Shown one piece after another: positions 60,777-60,778 of a stretch of DNA of 60,778 nt; the first letter of the stretch is position 1; each line of letters begins with the position of its first letter. The stretch lies in NCBI GenBank assembly GCA_012512505.1, contig JAAZEB010000080.1, positions 1 through 60,778 on the forward strand. Reading direction: 5' to 3'. Position numbers and translations under genes: made by a program. The DNA is from Armatimonadota bacterium (GTDB lineage: Bacteria; Armatimonadota; JAAZEB01). Below the pieces are notes generated by a model, which worked only from the letters and a program-made list of their open reading frames with translations, was not told the origin of the DNA and made no database searches.

Positions 60777-60778
60777 CA

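Overview
GC-rich bacterial chromosomal segment with strong GC3 bias, gene-dense on both strands. I found no rRNA, no CRISPR array and no recognisable transposase, integrase or phage gene. I call about 50 protein genes and two tRNAs: Arg-TCT and a 98-nt tRNA-Sec with anticodon UCA. I also call four near-consensus sigma70-type promoters and several families of non-coding repeats.

Functional blocks:
- (1) 1.8-11.7 kb is a cobalamin-themed block. It holds QueG, three URO-D-type methyltransferase paralogs, a sulfite-reductase-like Fe-S protein, formate-THF ligase, a pterin-binding methyltransferase and a B12-binding corrinoid protein.
- (2) 12-18.5 kb is an envelope block: L,D-transpeptidase, a Gfo/Idh/MocA oxidoreductase, a large polytopic membrane protein and MurJ.
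- (3) 18.5-21.7 kb holds a zinc-ribbon membrane protein, selC, an ECF sigma factor and a DtxR-family regulator.
- (4) 23-36.5 kb is a glycan-degradation block: LarA-like protein, secreted alpha/beta hydrolase, Asp-box sialidase-fold protein, GH28-like beta-helix protein, FG-GAP metzincin, GH78 rhamnosidase and a FucU-type mutarotase.
- (5) 37-39.7 kb holds two nucleotide-sugar pyrophosphorylase-type genes.
- (6) 40-42.7 kb holds an RsbW-like kinase, a TrxR-like flavoprotein and a fourth URO-D paralog.
- (7) 45-54.3 kb is a cluster of aminotransferase, dehydrogenases, GNAT, M20 and epimerase genes.
- (8) 54.5-60.8 kb holds an NYN/cold-shock fusion protein, HflX, an M48 protease and a TPR protein.

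The best candidate for something undescribed is the corrinoid methyl-transfer island. It is wired directly to Fhs and contains an embedded siroheme-type Fe-S protein where a corrinoid activase would be expected. Other notable points:
- a heptanucleotide tandem repeat lies inside a UDPGP-like CDS, and related heptamer repeats lie in intergenic DNA;
- a composite inverted three-hairpin module cluster sits next to tRNA-Arg;
- selC has its own promoter;
- there is an NYN-zinc ribbon-CSD fusion gene.

Lineage cannot be fixed from this sequence. The gene content resembles saprophytic Armatimonadota-, Chloroflexota- or Planctomycetota-like genomes, but that is a guess. All family calls come from motifs read by eye and from memory of the families; no searches were run.
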